A stretch of DNA of 63,965 nucleotides, counting the filler, from Octopus bimaculoides (taxonomy: Eukaryota): NCBI RefSeq assembly GCF_001194135.2. It is 5 parts of 5 records of this genome, joined end to end, with 100 filler letters (N's around TTAATTAATTAA, not from the genome) between each part and the next. Parts side by side here need not be neighbours in the genome. Positions count along the whole stretch, not along the records: positions 22,403 to 53,376 come from NC_069009.1; positions 53,477 to 60,278 come from NW_026436551.1; 3 more parts are not named here. The stretch is one strand, 5' to 3'. How positions within the stretch are numbered: position 1 is the first letter of the stretch; each line of letters begins with the position of its first letter. This document shows positions 47,690 to 59,103 of the stretch, piece by piece. Below the pieces are notes generated by a model. That model searched no databases and was not told where the DNA came from. It saw only the letters and a program-made list of their open reading frames with translations. The position numbers were made by a program, and so were the translations under genes.

Positions 47690-49095
47690 ATTTAATCAAG
47701 ATAATATATCCCCTCATTATTGATAACATAGTCCATTCTATTATGCAAACGTTTGACCCCTCGAGTATAAAATTCCTCAATTTTCGAAGCAAAGAAACAC
47801 ACAACCTTTTCACAATTAACAAACTATTTTCCCTCTAAATAATCCTTTCTACTAAAGACACAGTGCCTGAAATTTGCAGGGAGGAAACTAATAGATTATG
47901 TCGATTCACTGGTACTTACTTTATTGACCTCGAAATGATGAAAAGCAAAATCGACCTCGGCGGAATTTGAACTTAGAACGTGAAGATGGACGAAATGTTG
48001 CTAAGCATTTTACTCCGGCGTGCTAACGATTCTGCCACCTCGCTGGCCGCCATTTTCCCCTCTAAATAACGTGGCACTGATTGGTAAGGATGATTGTCAG
48101 ATAGAACAAAATCAAGTGCGTAAGAAGGATGAGGCAAAACTTCTATATTAAAGTCAGTAATCTTTGCCTGAGTGATTTGGCCAATATGTGGCCATGCTTT
48201 GTCGTGTAAGAGCAATATCTTTTTACGATCGTTGGGTGCCTTTTCTATAAAATTGTGCGATGCTTCATATCGACGGCACCATTCCCCATATTAACTTTTT
48301 CATTTTGGTTTAACACTACAAGATCGACGAAACCCTTCATATCCCACCAAATACAGAACATAACTTTTTCGGGTGAAGTTCTGGTTTGGGGAATGGATTT
48401 TCCCCTTCCATTTGGATGCTAACCATTGTTACTTTCGTTAGATCTTATATTTAGACAACACCCTTTTCATCTCTTGTAATGATTCTGCCCTGGAAAGGAT
48501 CGCTAGCAAATCTATACCTCAATGAAGAATAGATAGCAACTGATCGATTAATTTGAAAAGCGGTCATTTGCCGAGGGACCCACTGATCGAATATGAGAGT
48601 CGTCTAGCTCATTAAGGTGTTCTGTGACCGGAACATGAGTTGAATTGAACTGTTTTGCCAATTCTCGTGCAATTTGCTTTGGATTTTCCTCAAGTACGGT
48701 CTTCAGAGATTCGCAACTGACAGAACTTGGCCATCCAGATCGCGAGATAACAACAAGAAAAACTTTCCCGAGTAAAACGGGCAAAACATCGTTAGCATGT
48801 CCAGACACTTCAAACTTGATGTCTGTAGATAGAACGAACATTTCTTGCCGCTTCTGTTCCCGAAAAATCCCTTTTCAATCCATACCGCAAGCAGTTGCTG
48901 TATGGGCCTGTTCTAAACTCATTTTAAAAAGAGAAAAGTCGATACAAATTTAACGACTATGGCATACAGTAATCTACAAGGAAATAAAAACACTAGAATT
49001 TAAAAAATTAATGTTTATTTTATCAAAAATATTGAAAAACTACCCTTTAAAGTAATCGTGTCAAAAATACAACAGGACCTTCTAACTAACCTAAT
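47690..49095 (-). mobile_element. Decayed mariner element interrupted by a SINE
   Basis: HTH region (GTEAARNVRSVY...CFARF...RSGWP), LLHDKAWPH, VLPHPSYALDF and C-terminus EFYTRGVKRLHNRMDYVINNEGIYYLD*; TIR-like tattaggttagttagaagg at ~49095. A second small fragment of the same region lies at ~47395-47476. Confidence 0.85.
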
Positions 49096-49440
49096 ATACA
49101 GAGAGTACAAATATGTATTTACTGTCAGAATTTAACGAGGAATGTTACCACTGCCCGAGTATCATTATATTTAGATGACATAACCTTCTCTATCTCAGTA
49201 ATATTACACACAGAGGAAAGGTGGTGAGCTGCTAGAATCGTTAGTACAACGAGTAAAATGCTTTACGGCATTTTGCCAGGTTTTACGTTCTAGGTTCAGA
49301 TTCCGCCGTGGTCGACTTTGCCTTTCATCCTTTCGAGGTCGATAAATTAAGTACCAGTGAGACACTGGAGTTGGTGTAATCGACTTGTCCGCCTCGCCCT
49401 AAATCTAAGGCCGTGTGCCGCCAGTAGAAAGGATTATTAC

Positions 49441-49532
49441 ATATAGGGGACATGTCTGAAATAATATCTATGCGATTGTCTATTTCCGGTGCACAACAGA
49501 AAAGAGCTTTGCGCGTCTTAGGTACGTACACA
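49441..49532 (-). CDS. Possible gene B exon (TVYVPKTRKALFCCAPEIDNRIDIISDMSPI)
   Basis: Phase 2 in and phase 1 out bridges exon 53233 to exon 46051 and supplies a CC pair. However, the acceptor (aaataaataaag) has no pyrimidine tract. Confidence 0.25.
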
Positions 49533-50459
49533 CTTTATTTATTTATTTAACCAATTTTTTTAATATCCTTTTCTACTCTAGGCACAAGGCTCGAAATTTT
49601 TGGGGAAGGGGCCAGTCGATTATATCGACCCCAGTACGCAACTAGTACTTAATTTATCGACTCCGAAAGGATGAAAGGCAAAGTCGACCTCGGCGGAATT
49701 TGAACTCAGAACGTAACAGCAGACGAAATACCGCTAAGCATTTCACCCGGCGTGCTAACGATTCTGCCAGCTCGCCGCCTTAAATCTTTTCTTTTCTACT
49801 CTAGACTCAAGGCCCGGAACTTTTGGGGAGGAGCAGTCGATTAGATCNNNNNNNNNNNNNNNNNNNNNNNNNNNNNNNNNNNNNNNNNNNNNNNNNNNNN
49901 NNNNNNNNNNNNNNNNNNNNNNNNNNNNNNNNNNNNNNNNNNNNNNNNNNNNNNNNNNNNNNNNNNNNNNNNNNNNNNNNNNNNNNNNNNNNNNNNNNNN
50001 NNNNNNNNNNNNNNNNNNNNNNNNNNNNNNNNNNNNNNNNNNNNNNNNNNNNNNNNNNNNNNNNNNNNNNNNNNNNNNNNNNNNNNNNNNNNNNNNNNNN
50101 NNNNNNNNNNNNNNNNNNNNNNNNNNNNNNNNNNNNNNNNNNNNNNNNNNNNNNNNNNNNNNNNNNNNNNNNNNNNNNNNNNNNNNNNNNNNNNNNNNNN
50201 NNNNNNNNNNNNNNNNNNNNNNNNNNNNNNNNNNNNNNNNNNNNNNNNNNNNNNNNNNNNNNNNNNNNNNNNNNNNNNNNNNNNNNNNNNNNNNNNNNNN
50301 NNNNNNNNNNNNNNNNNNNNNNNNNNNNNNNNNNNNNNNNNNNNNNNNNNNNNNNNNNNNNNNNNNNNNNNNNNNNNNNNNNNNNNNNNNNNNNNNNNNN
50401 NNNNNNNNNNNNNNNNNNNNNNNNNNNNNNNNNNNNNNNNNNNNNNNNNNNNNNNNNNN

Positions 50460-50498
<39 letters not shown>

Positions 50499-50691
50499 GC
50501 TCTCCCACTCACTATATATATATATATACTTTTCCTGAAAAAGACTAAGCTTTCGGGGACGTAAACAAACCAACACCATTTGTTAAGTGGTTGTTGAGAC
50601 AAATACATGACAAACATACGAACACACACACAGACACACACTGTATTCGCAGATACACACACACACACACACACACACATAAATACTCATA

Positions 50692-52220
50692 TCAGGTCAT
50701 CTCATAAGTTCTGTCCCATTTTATCTTTTTTTAAATCGAATGAAATTTAGTAGTATTCTAGAATGACTAATAGAATTAAAAATTACTTTTATGCATTTGT
50801 GTACATTTAAACAAATTATATATTATTTTACAGAATAATAGAATTAAAATTTCTTTGATTAAAACCCTTTCTAACAAGGAAGTATCCAAAGAGCATTTAA
50901 GGCACATAATACTTTATGAGTGCAAAAAAAGGAAACTGAGCAGCCGAAGCGACTCGAAACATACACTCAGTTTATGGGAAAGAATGCCTGAATGAAAAAA
51001 CTTGCAGAAGATGGTTTGCAAAATTCAGAAGTGGAGATTTCAGCCTGGAAGATGAAGATCGAACAGGACGTCCACTTGAGTTTGAGGATAAGCTCTTTGA
51101 GGCATTACTTGAAGANNNNNNNNNNNNNNNNNNNNNNNNNNNNNNNNNNNNNNNNNNNNNNNNNNNNNNNNNNNNNNNNNNNNNNNNNNNNNNNNNNNNN
51201 NNNNNNNNNNNNNNNNNNNNNNNNNNNNNNNNNNNNNNNNNNNNNNNNNNNNNNNNNNNNNNNNNNNNNNNNNNNNNNNNNNNNNNNNNNNNNNNNNNNN
51301 NNNNNNNNNNNNNNNNNNNNNNNNNNNNNNNNNNNNNNNNNNNNNNNNNNNNNNNNNNNNNNNNNNNNNNNNNNNNNNNNNNNNNNNNNNNNNNNNNNNN
51401 NNNNNNNNNNNNNNNNNNNNNNNNNNNNNNNNNNNNNNNNNNNNNNNNNNNNNNNNNNNNNNNNNNNNNNNNNNNNNNNNNNNNNNNNNNNNNNNNNNNN
51501 NNNNNNNNNNNNNNNNNNNNNNNNNNNNNNNNNNNNNNNNNNNNNNNNNNNNNNNNNNNNNNNNNNNNNNNNNNNNNNNNNNNNNNNNNNNNNNNNNNNN
51601 NNNNNNNNNNNNNNNNNNNNNNNNNNNNNNNNNNNNNNNNNNNNNNNNNNNNNNNNNNNNNNNNNNNNNNNNNNNNNNNNNNNNNNNNNNNNNNNNNNNN
51701 NNNNNNNNNNNNNNNNNNNNNNNNNNNNNNNNNNNNNNNNNNNNNNNNNNNNNNNNNNNNNNNNNNNNNNNNNNNNNNNNNNNNNNNNNNNNNNNNNNNN
51801 NNNNNNNNNNNNNNNNNNNNNNNNNNNNNNNNNNNNNNNNNNNNNNNNNNNNNNNNNNNNNNNNNNNNNNNNNNNNNNNNNNNNNNNNNNNNNNNNNNNN
51901 NNNNNTGTGAAAAAATTCCTCTTCCACCTTATTCTCCCGACCTTGCTCCTTCAGACTACCATTTATTTCGTAGTTTACAGAATCATTTGGGGGACATAAC
52001 TTTCGCAAGCCAGGAAGAGGTCGAAACTGACATTTCAGAGTAATTCGCTTTGAAACCAAAAGAGTTTTACATTGATGGGATTATAAAGCTTGTAAATAGA
52101 TGGAAGGAAGTCATAGATAATCAGGGAAAGTACATTGATGATTAAATTTCAATTAAATATAACATTTGATCACTTGTTTTCCGTATTCAAAATTCGGACA
52201 GAACTTATGGGATGACCTGA
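50692..52220 (+). mobile_element. Mariner transposon with both TIRs and TA TSD (middle lies in a gap)
   Basis: TIRs tcaggtcatctcataagttctgtcc / ggacagaacttatgggatgacctga (1 mismatch), TA on both sides; peptides TCRRWFAKFRSGDFSLEDEDRTGRP and PPYSPDLAPSDYHLF; in-frame stops present. Confidence 0.92.
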
Positions 52221-52448
52221 TATATACATAAAGGCAAGTTAGGCAAGTCGATTTATTCGTAATATTAAATACATTTAATACAAAAAATATACATGTGTAT
52301 GGGTATAAAATAGTTCAACTTATACTGGCTATAAATGGTAGTAGAAGTTAAATGGGTAGAGTTTCACGACTCCAACATCTGTTTCTGGACCTTGGTGGTC
52401 CGGAATAATGATAGATACTTGGGTATACACACGCACACAAACACACAC

Positions 52449-52667
52449 ACGAAGTAGTACTGAGAAATTCCTGGCTTTGGGTAAAAAACAAATATAGGAA
52501 GATCAGTTAATTATAATTTCATTTAACAAATTATCCTCACAGACTCACACGCTTATTGCAGCGGTCTTACAGTTATTTTAGCACTAGAAAGAACTCAGAA
52601 GAGTCAACCGTCAACTAGGCCTTTCGCGATGCATTTCAAGCCATGACCTTTTCAGGACTCCTTCGTG
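52449..52667. mobile_element. Old mariner-type MITE
   Basis: Degenerate ~30-bp TIRs cacgaagtagtactgagaaattcctggcttt / caagccatgaccttttcaggactccttcgtg. Confidence 0.5.
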
Positions 52668-53232
52668 CATCCATACATATTCTTTTATTCTTTTATTCTT
52701 TTACTTGTTTCAGTCATCTAACTGCAGCCATGATGGAGCACCGCCTTAAAAGGTTTTTAGTCGAAGAAATCGACCGCAGGGCTTATTCTTTCAAAGCCTA
52801 ATACTTACAATATCGGGCTCTTTTGCCGAACCGTTAGGTTACAGCGATGTAAACACACCAGCACCGGTTGGAGTTTTTGCATTTTAATATTTCGCTTAGG
52901 CATTGCCATACTAATAACCTGGTGTAAAACTCAATAAATATATGCTCCTGAACGGAGCGCTAGTTGGGGATAGAGCCGAGCCGAGTGGCTCGGCTAAGAT
53001 ACTTCATATTTTTTAAGGTGGTGCTTCAGCATGCCCGCCGTCTAATACATGAAACAAATAAAAGCATGAAAGATAAAAGATAAAGGCCCGGACAGTCATA
53101 TATACACATACAAAGGCGGTTTTCATTTTGTTAGTTTAGGTGATGTGTCACGATGGACGTTGTTAATACGAATGTTCATTCTGCATAGTTAGTAAGACAC
53201 ATAAAATAAGTAACGTGAGCCTTTGTATTTAC

Positions 53233-53322
53233 GTCAGGTCGGTGCAGAGCCCGAACCAACACCATGTACCTCGGGTTGTTAGATATCTCACACTCTTCAA
53301 GCAAGGATAACTGCACGTTCGA
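53233..53322 (-). CDS. Candidate upstream exon of gene B, EMI-like (RTCSYPCLKSVRYLTTRGTWCWFGLCTDLT in phase 2-2)
   Basis: Very strong acceptor ttctattatttttctttacag, donor C|gtaaat, 90 bp. The phase 0 reading (SNVQLSLLEECEISNNPRYMVLVRALHRPD) is also open, so the frame is inferred from the Cys/Trp pattern. Confidence 0.55.
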
Positions 53323-53479
53323 CTGTAAAGAAAAATAATAGAAATGGATGTATGTATGTATATATAAATATATATANNNNNNNNNNNNNNNNNNNNNNNN
53401 NNNNNNNNNNNNNNNNNNNNTTAATTAATTAANNNNNNNNNNNNNNNNNNNNNNNNNNNNNNNNNNNNNNNNNNNNATT

Positions 53480-53512
<33 letters not shown>

Positions 53513-54525
53513 ATCATTACTATTATCAAGGTCAAAATCTGGCAAAATCGTTAACACGCCGTGCGAAATGCTTAGCGGTATTCGTCTGCCGCTATGATCT
53601 GAGTTCAAATTCCGCCGACATCGACTTTCATCCATTTGGGGTCCATTAATTAAGTACTAGTTACGCTTTGAGATCAATGTAATCGTCTTAATCCCTCCAC
53701 CATGCTACCCTTGTGGCAAAAATTTGAAATCATTATTATTATCACTATTAAGAAGGTGGCAGAATTGTTAGCACGCGGGGCGAAATGCTTAATAGCATTT
53801 CGTCTGCTGCTACGTTCTGAGTTCAAATTCCGCCGAGGTCGATTTTGTCTTTCATCCTTTCGGGGTTGATAAATTAAGTACCCCTCCAATAAATTTCAGG
53901 CCTTGCGCCTTTAGCAGAAAATAATTAATATTATTAATAGTGTAATTTTCAACACAGTAATAATAATGGATATGTCCCAAAACGTATAAATACATATAAC
54001 AGGATATTTCAATATAGCAAATGTGAAAAGGTTCTATCCACAACTCTATAAAAATTAAATTACAATAGACTTATAGCAATGCTTTTAAATACAGGAATTT
54101 TGTCAATAATATCTGAAGGAAGATCATGTTTAATTATTGGTGTATGTGTCCATGTTGTGTAATTATTTAATTATTCATAAAATATATAAATGAATAATAA
54201 AAAAGATGAAAGAAAGAGTAAAAAAAAAAAGATAATTAAGATATAAAAAAGAACAGGTTTCTAGAACTAACCTAGTGATTATATATCTGTAGAAAATGTT
54301 CAGTTCATTTTTATTTAGAAGAGGAGAGTGTGCCAGTTGAAAATAAACAAAAATTAGCAATCAATATTTATTCAGTGACATATTGTATATTTCATGTGAT
54401 GCTAATTGCCAAATGTCTAAAAATATAACTATATACGTATAAACATACATGTATGCATACACACACACATTTATGTCTTCTATGTCTTCTATATACATAC
54501 TTATTTGTCTATATATGTATGTATA

Positions 54526-54577
<52 letters not shown>

Positions 54578-54587
54578 NNNNNNNNNN

Positions 54588-54643
<56 letters not shown>

Positions 54644-54809
54644 CAGTGAGAGAGAGAAGTGGTGAGGAGTTAGATTGTTAACTAAATCTTTTGTTATGTA
54701 TATAAGGTGCTGGTTTATTTGTTTACAAATCTCATTCGACATTCAACTGAGTAATAGCCACCCCACCTATCTAATTTAACTTAACAACCAAAGCATTAAC
54801 AGTACTTAC

Positions 54810-54837
54810 GTTAGCTTCAGCAATAATAATTCTGACC
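54810..54837 (-). CDS. Possible 28-bp upstream exon of gene B
   Basis: Donor C|gtaagt, acceptor cttgccatttttaag; reads xSELLLLKLT (phase 1-2) or VRIIIAEAN (phase 2-0). Confidence 0.3.
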
Positions 54838-55246
54838 CTTAAAAATGGCAAGCGTTACCCACCCGTTATCTAAATATCATTAGACTCAATTTAAGGAAAA
54901 TTTCCTTTAGGTTTATTGGGCATTTATGCGTAGTTCAATTAATTCCTGAGACGAATGAATAGCTCTAATGCCGAATATAAGCGGAGTATTTAAAGTAACT
55001 TTGAATCCAAAACCATTTTTTATAAATAAAGTATTTATGACTCAAAGCATTACTTTCCTAAACTATGTTTTTATTTATTTATTAATCATGTTACGACTAA
55101 GACATATGTATTGCTACAATCACTACTACGTTTCCATTAACGGATTATATCCAAATGTCCATCACCACGTAAATGTATTGAAGTATTTTACGTTATTTAC
55201 AGTATTTATATTTGACGGATATTTCTCCTCATCTTGTTTGTTGTTA

Positions 55247-55290
55247 ACACAACGTTTCGGCTGATATACCCTCCAGCCATCATCAGGTGT
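55247..55290 (-). ncRNA. Minimal (Penelope-type) hammerhead motif
   Basis: Minus strand ACAC-CTGATGA-T-GGCTG-gagggtatat-CAGCC-GAA-ACGT-T-GTGT: perfect stems I and II, palindromic ACGT stem III, cleavage triplet GTT. Confidence 0.75.
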
Positions 55291-55349
55291 CTTGGGGAAA
55301 TTTTGAACCTGGGTTCTTATTCCTAAGGTTTTCTTTAATGTTGTTGTTG

Positions 55350-55391
<42 letters not shown>

Positions 55392-55392
<1 letters not shown>

Positions 55393-55465
55393 GGTCACTG
55401 CTTGGAATCGAACTCGAAATCTTGGGGTTAGTAGCCCGCACTCTTAACCACTATGCCATATGCCC
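55392..55465 (-). mobile_element. tRNA-derived SINE head with intact Pol III boxes
   Basis: Box A TGGCATAGTGG (55458-55448), box B GTTCGATTCC (55413-55404), followed by an (AAT)n/(AAC)n tract. The anticodon arm is not canonical, so this is not called a tRNA gene. Confidence 0.7.
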
Positions 55466-55553
55466 GTGGCATATGTATTTTATTTGGTATTTAATTTTAC
55501 GAATACTAATATTTCAATATATGTGTTTATTTGTGAGTATTTATGTATGCATG

Positions 55554-55586
<33 letters not shown>

Positions 55587-55613
55587 TTTGCCCACACACA
55601 CATGTATTTGTAC

Positions 55614-55653
<40 letters not shown>

Positions 55654-55978
55654 NNNNNNNNNNNNNNNNNNNNNNNNNNNNNNNNNNNNNNNNNNNNNNN
55701 NNNNNNNNNNNNNNNNNNNNNNNNNNNNNNNNNNNNNNNNNNNNNNNNNNNNNNNNNNNNNNNNNNNNNNNNNNNNNNNNNNNNNNNNNNNNNNNNNNNN
55801 NNNNNNNNNNNNNNNNNNNNNNNNNNNNNNNNNNNNNNNNNNNNNNNNNNNNNNNNNNNNNNNNNNNNNNNNNNNNNNNNNNNNNNNNNNNNNNNNNNNN
55901 NNNNNNNNNNNNNNNNNNNNNNNNNNNNNNNNNNNNNNNNNNNNNNNNNNNNNNNNNNNNNNNNNNNNNNNNNNNNNN

Positions 55979-56029
<51 letters not shown>

Positions 56030-56229
56030 ACACACGCACATATCATGCCGAGGACCCAAGTAGTATAAGTAGTTAAGGAATATTTGGATGCTAATCTTTT
56101 ACAGAAAGACCTTAGATTCCATATATAACTAAGCTGATGAAAACAACATGTAATTTAATGAGGAAAATTCCAAGCCCTCCTCTGTCAGTTATCTTGTACT
56201 AACATGCTGCCATAAAGATACTTTGAATC

Positions 56230-56940
56230 AAAAGGAATAGCAGCCCCATAGTAAAATATAGTGAGTGTTCTGGAGTGTGCTATGAACAACAACACCTCGT
56301 TTCAAGTGCTTATCACCAAGATGATGGCAACGTGCAGGCGAAGAGCCATATGGATTTTGAGAACTCCCAGAAATAGGGACCAGGAAACTATGTTGCTTCT
56401 GTGGAGGACGTTTGTCCTCACCTCTCTGGCCAACGGCTCTGAATCGTGGTCACCCCACAATGTCAAACTGATAGCGAAACTGAAGTATATCAGCGGTGGT
56501 ACACCGGGAAGATTGAATCAGAGGTACAGCTGAACTACAGGAGAGACTGAAAGAGCTACGGCTCTATTCCCTCTGGAAAAGATGGGAGAGATATGCAGTA
56601 ATATACGTATGGAAGATCCTGAAAGGGTTGGTACCAAACATTGAAGTCGAGAGTTATAACAGCCTCCGAATTTGGCCTTACTAACCCGTTCCAAATGTCT
56701 CGCTCATCCTGTCTAGAGTGAGAACCGTGTACTACAATAGCCTGGAATTCTAGTACACAGAGCTGTTTAATTCCTTGCCAAAATATCTGAGAGATCTAAA
56801 TGGAGTACGGGTAGATGTTTTCAAGAAACTACTTAAATTCTTCCTTTTCTAAATGTATCTACATCAAGGCAAGAAACTCCAATGAGGGTAACAGTATCGA
56901 ACTCTCTCCTTCACCAAAAGCCAATCACAAGATAATGGGC
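56230..56940 (+). mobile_element. Decayed 3' part of a CR1/Jockey-like LINE
   Basis: LLLWRTFVLTSLA...SWSPHNVKLIAKL...YRRLKELRLYSLEK-like post-RT motifs with many lesions. Confidence 0.7.
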
Positions 56941-57197
56941 ATTGAAAAGGTGATAACACTGGCGGTGCCCCATCATGGCCACAGCGTTTGGGCTGAAACA
57001 CATAAAAGAATAAAAATATATGTATGGAGGAAATCAAAGTGGTATAAAAGACTTTGTTTCAACCAGCATTAACAAGCTTAGGGGTGAGAGGCAAAGGAGA
57101 AGAGCGGCTGTAAATGTACTGACTGCACTGTCTTGCAATCTTCATAATTGCAACATTTGCAGGCTTCTTTGCAAATCGTTGGCGAGACACAATTGTC

Positions 57198-57375
57198 ACA
57201 TTCACCAACATACTGAAAATTTAGAAATAGCAGTCAAAGAACTACTGATTCTAAACTAAGTTTAGAATCAGTAGTTCTTTGACTGCTATTTCTAAATTTT
57301 CAGTATGTTGGTGAATGTAGTTTAGAATCAGTAGTTCTTTGACTGCTAGTTCTAAATTTTCAGTATGTTGGTGAA
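57198..57375. repeat. Perfect 60-bp palindrome (1-nt spacer) followed by a direct copy of its right arm
   Basis: 57198-57257 is the exact reverse complement of 57259-57318; 57319-57375 repeats the right arm with one mismatch. The same repeat family occurs without the foldback at ~39675-39845. Confidence 0.95.
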
Positions 57376-57589
57376 GCAACTCATGCTGACCCCTATATAT
57401 TTATGATTATAAATGTTTTTACCGAGAAAGGTTTTTTTCATACTGAACTACTTGGCAAAATTGTTAATTATTAATTTTATTAACAAATTGGCAATTCCCT
57501 GCCCTATATCTGTATTTATATATATATATATATATACAGAGGGAGATTCATACATGCAAACATATATATATATATTGAATTATTTTGAA

Positions 57590-57810
57590 ATATACAGTTA
57601 CTCTATATAGAATACAAGTTCGGGTTTAACCTGTAATTATTAGAGCACTGGTATATGCAACACATTGCCTAAATACTAATCTTGAGAAATTAGGCTTCTC
57701 AAAACCAGAAAGGAGAAATCTAATTCGAAGTCTAGATTCAAGCCATCACTGGAACTGTAAAAATCTGTAGAACTTTCCAGAAGCTTATCATTTAAGTATA
57801 TGTCTAGACA
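57590..57810 (+). mobile_element. Short 3' remnant of an R2/NeSL-like LINE
   Basis: PVIIRAL/VYATHCLNTNLEKLGFSKPERRNLIR...GTVKICRTFQK-like C-terminus. Confidence 0.55.
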
Positions 57811-59103
57811 TGCAACTATATGCATGAGAATATGTACATAAAACGAAGCATACAAATCTGCTCATATACATACATACAAAAATATTCCCTTGATGTTGTT
57901 GAAATTCCAATGAAGGAGCTTCAGATCTAGGTTAGAAACCGATTCTTTCTCTATTAGGAAGAAATCTTGAAATAAAACTGATCAACTTTGTTTTGAGAAA
58001 TATATGATTCACACCAATAACCAATATTCACATAAAAATATTAGAATTTTCATTCTGTTATGTAGCCAATACATTATTTATCCTGTCTTCTTAGCTTTAT
58101 ATGAAAGAACTTCCGAGACAGACAGATAGATAAATATCGTTCTGTTTGCAAAACAACGTTTATCTATCTGCCTATCTACCTGTCTGTTGTCTGTCTGTCT
58201 GCATTAGGTCACTTAGAGTGTATTGATGTTACTATTGTTACTATTTTTATCATCCCCAACAAGGCGGTGAGCAGGCAAAATCGTTACCACACTGGACAAA
58301 ATGCTTAGCGATATTTCGCCCGTCGCTACGTTCTGAGGTAATTTCCGCCGAGGTCGACTTTGCCTTTAATCTCTTCGGGGTCGATAAATTAAGTACCAGT
58401 GAAACACTGGGTTCCATGTAATCGATTAGTAGCCCACTCCCCAAAATTTCTGGCCTTGTGCTTATAGTAGAAAAGATTATTATCATCCCGATCACTACTA
58501 CAAAATACAAATACTACCACTCACCACTCGAAGGATAAAATACATTTGCCGATTACTGACCCATTCTCGGACAGCTAGTCACTTGCTTTTCTAACCAGCA
58601 GAGTTGAAAAAGTCAGAATTTAGGCTATCTTTAGAACACTAACACTTCGTGTATGAAATATATGGGTTGGACTTGTATTTAGTTCTGATGGAATCTGAAA
58701 TGCAGTTAATGGTACACTGAAGAAACGGCATCAGTAATTACCTCCAAAATACACATCTAGATGCAAAATTTTGCAGTGTGCACTGAGTTGCAGCAGAAAT
58801 ATATGTAGGTACAGAAATGAAAAGACGTGATTAACTGCAGAATAAAAATGGATATATAAATCTCTGTTCTCCTTAATTATTAATTTATTATTTCTCCTCT
58901 ATCGACAGAATGCAGTCTATATAGAGACGTATAGAGATTTACCGATGTGAAGATCTACTGAGGATAGTAAAATAAATTAACTGGAATTTTTCTAAATTCA
59001 CTGAAGTTAGCTAGCATTAACCGGCAAAGGCGAATACGGTGTCCGCTAGGATTGTATATCTCAATCAACCAAATTTGGAAATTTACCGATATATATATAT
59101 AAA

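Noticed and set aside
58525-58545. ATG TAT TTT ATC CTT CGA GTG|gtgagt (also MTLPSALSIV|gtatgt near 60671-60699) as exon 1 of gene B
   Set aside because: The donors are good, but the first gives stops when joined to the next candidate exon and the second supports only the non-Cys frame; unresolved without RNA data.
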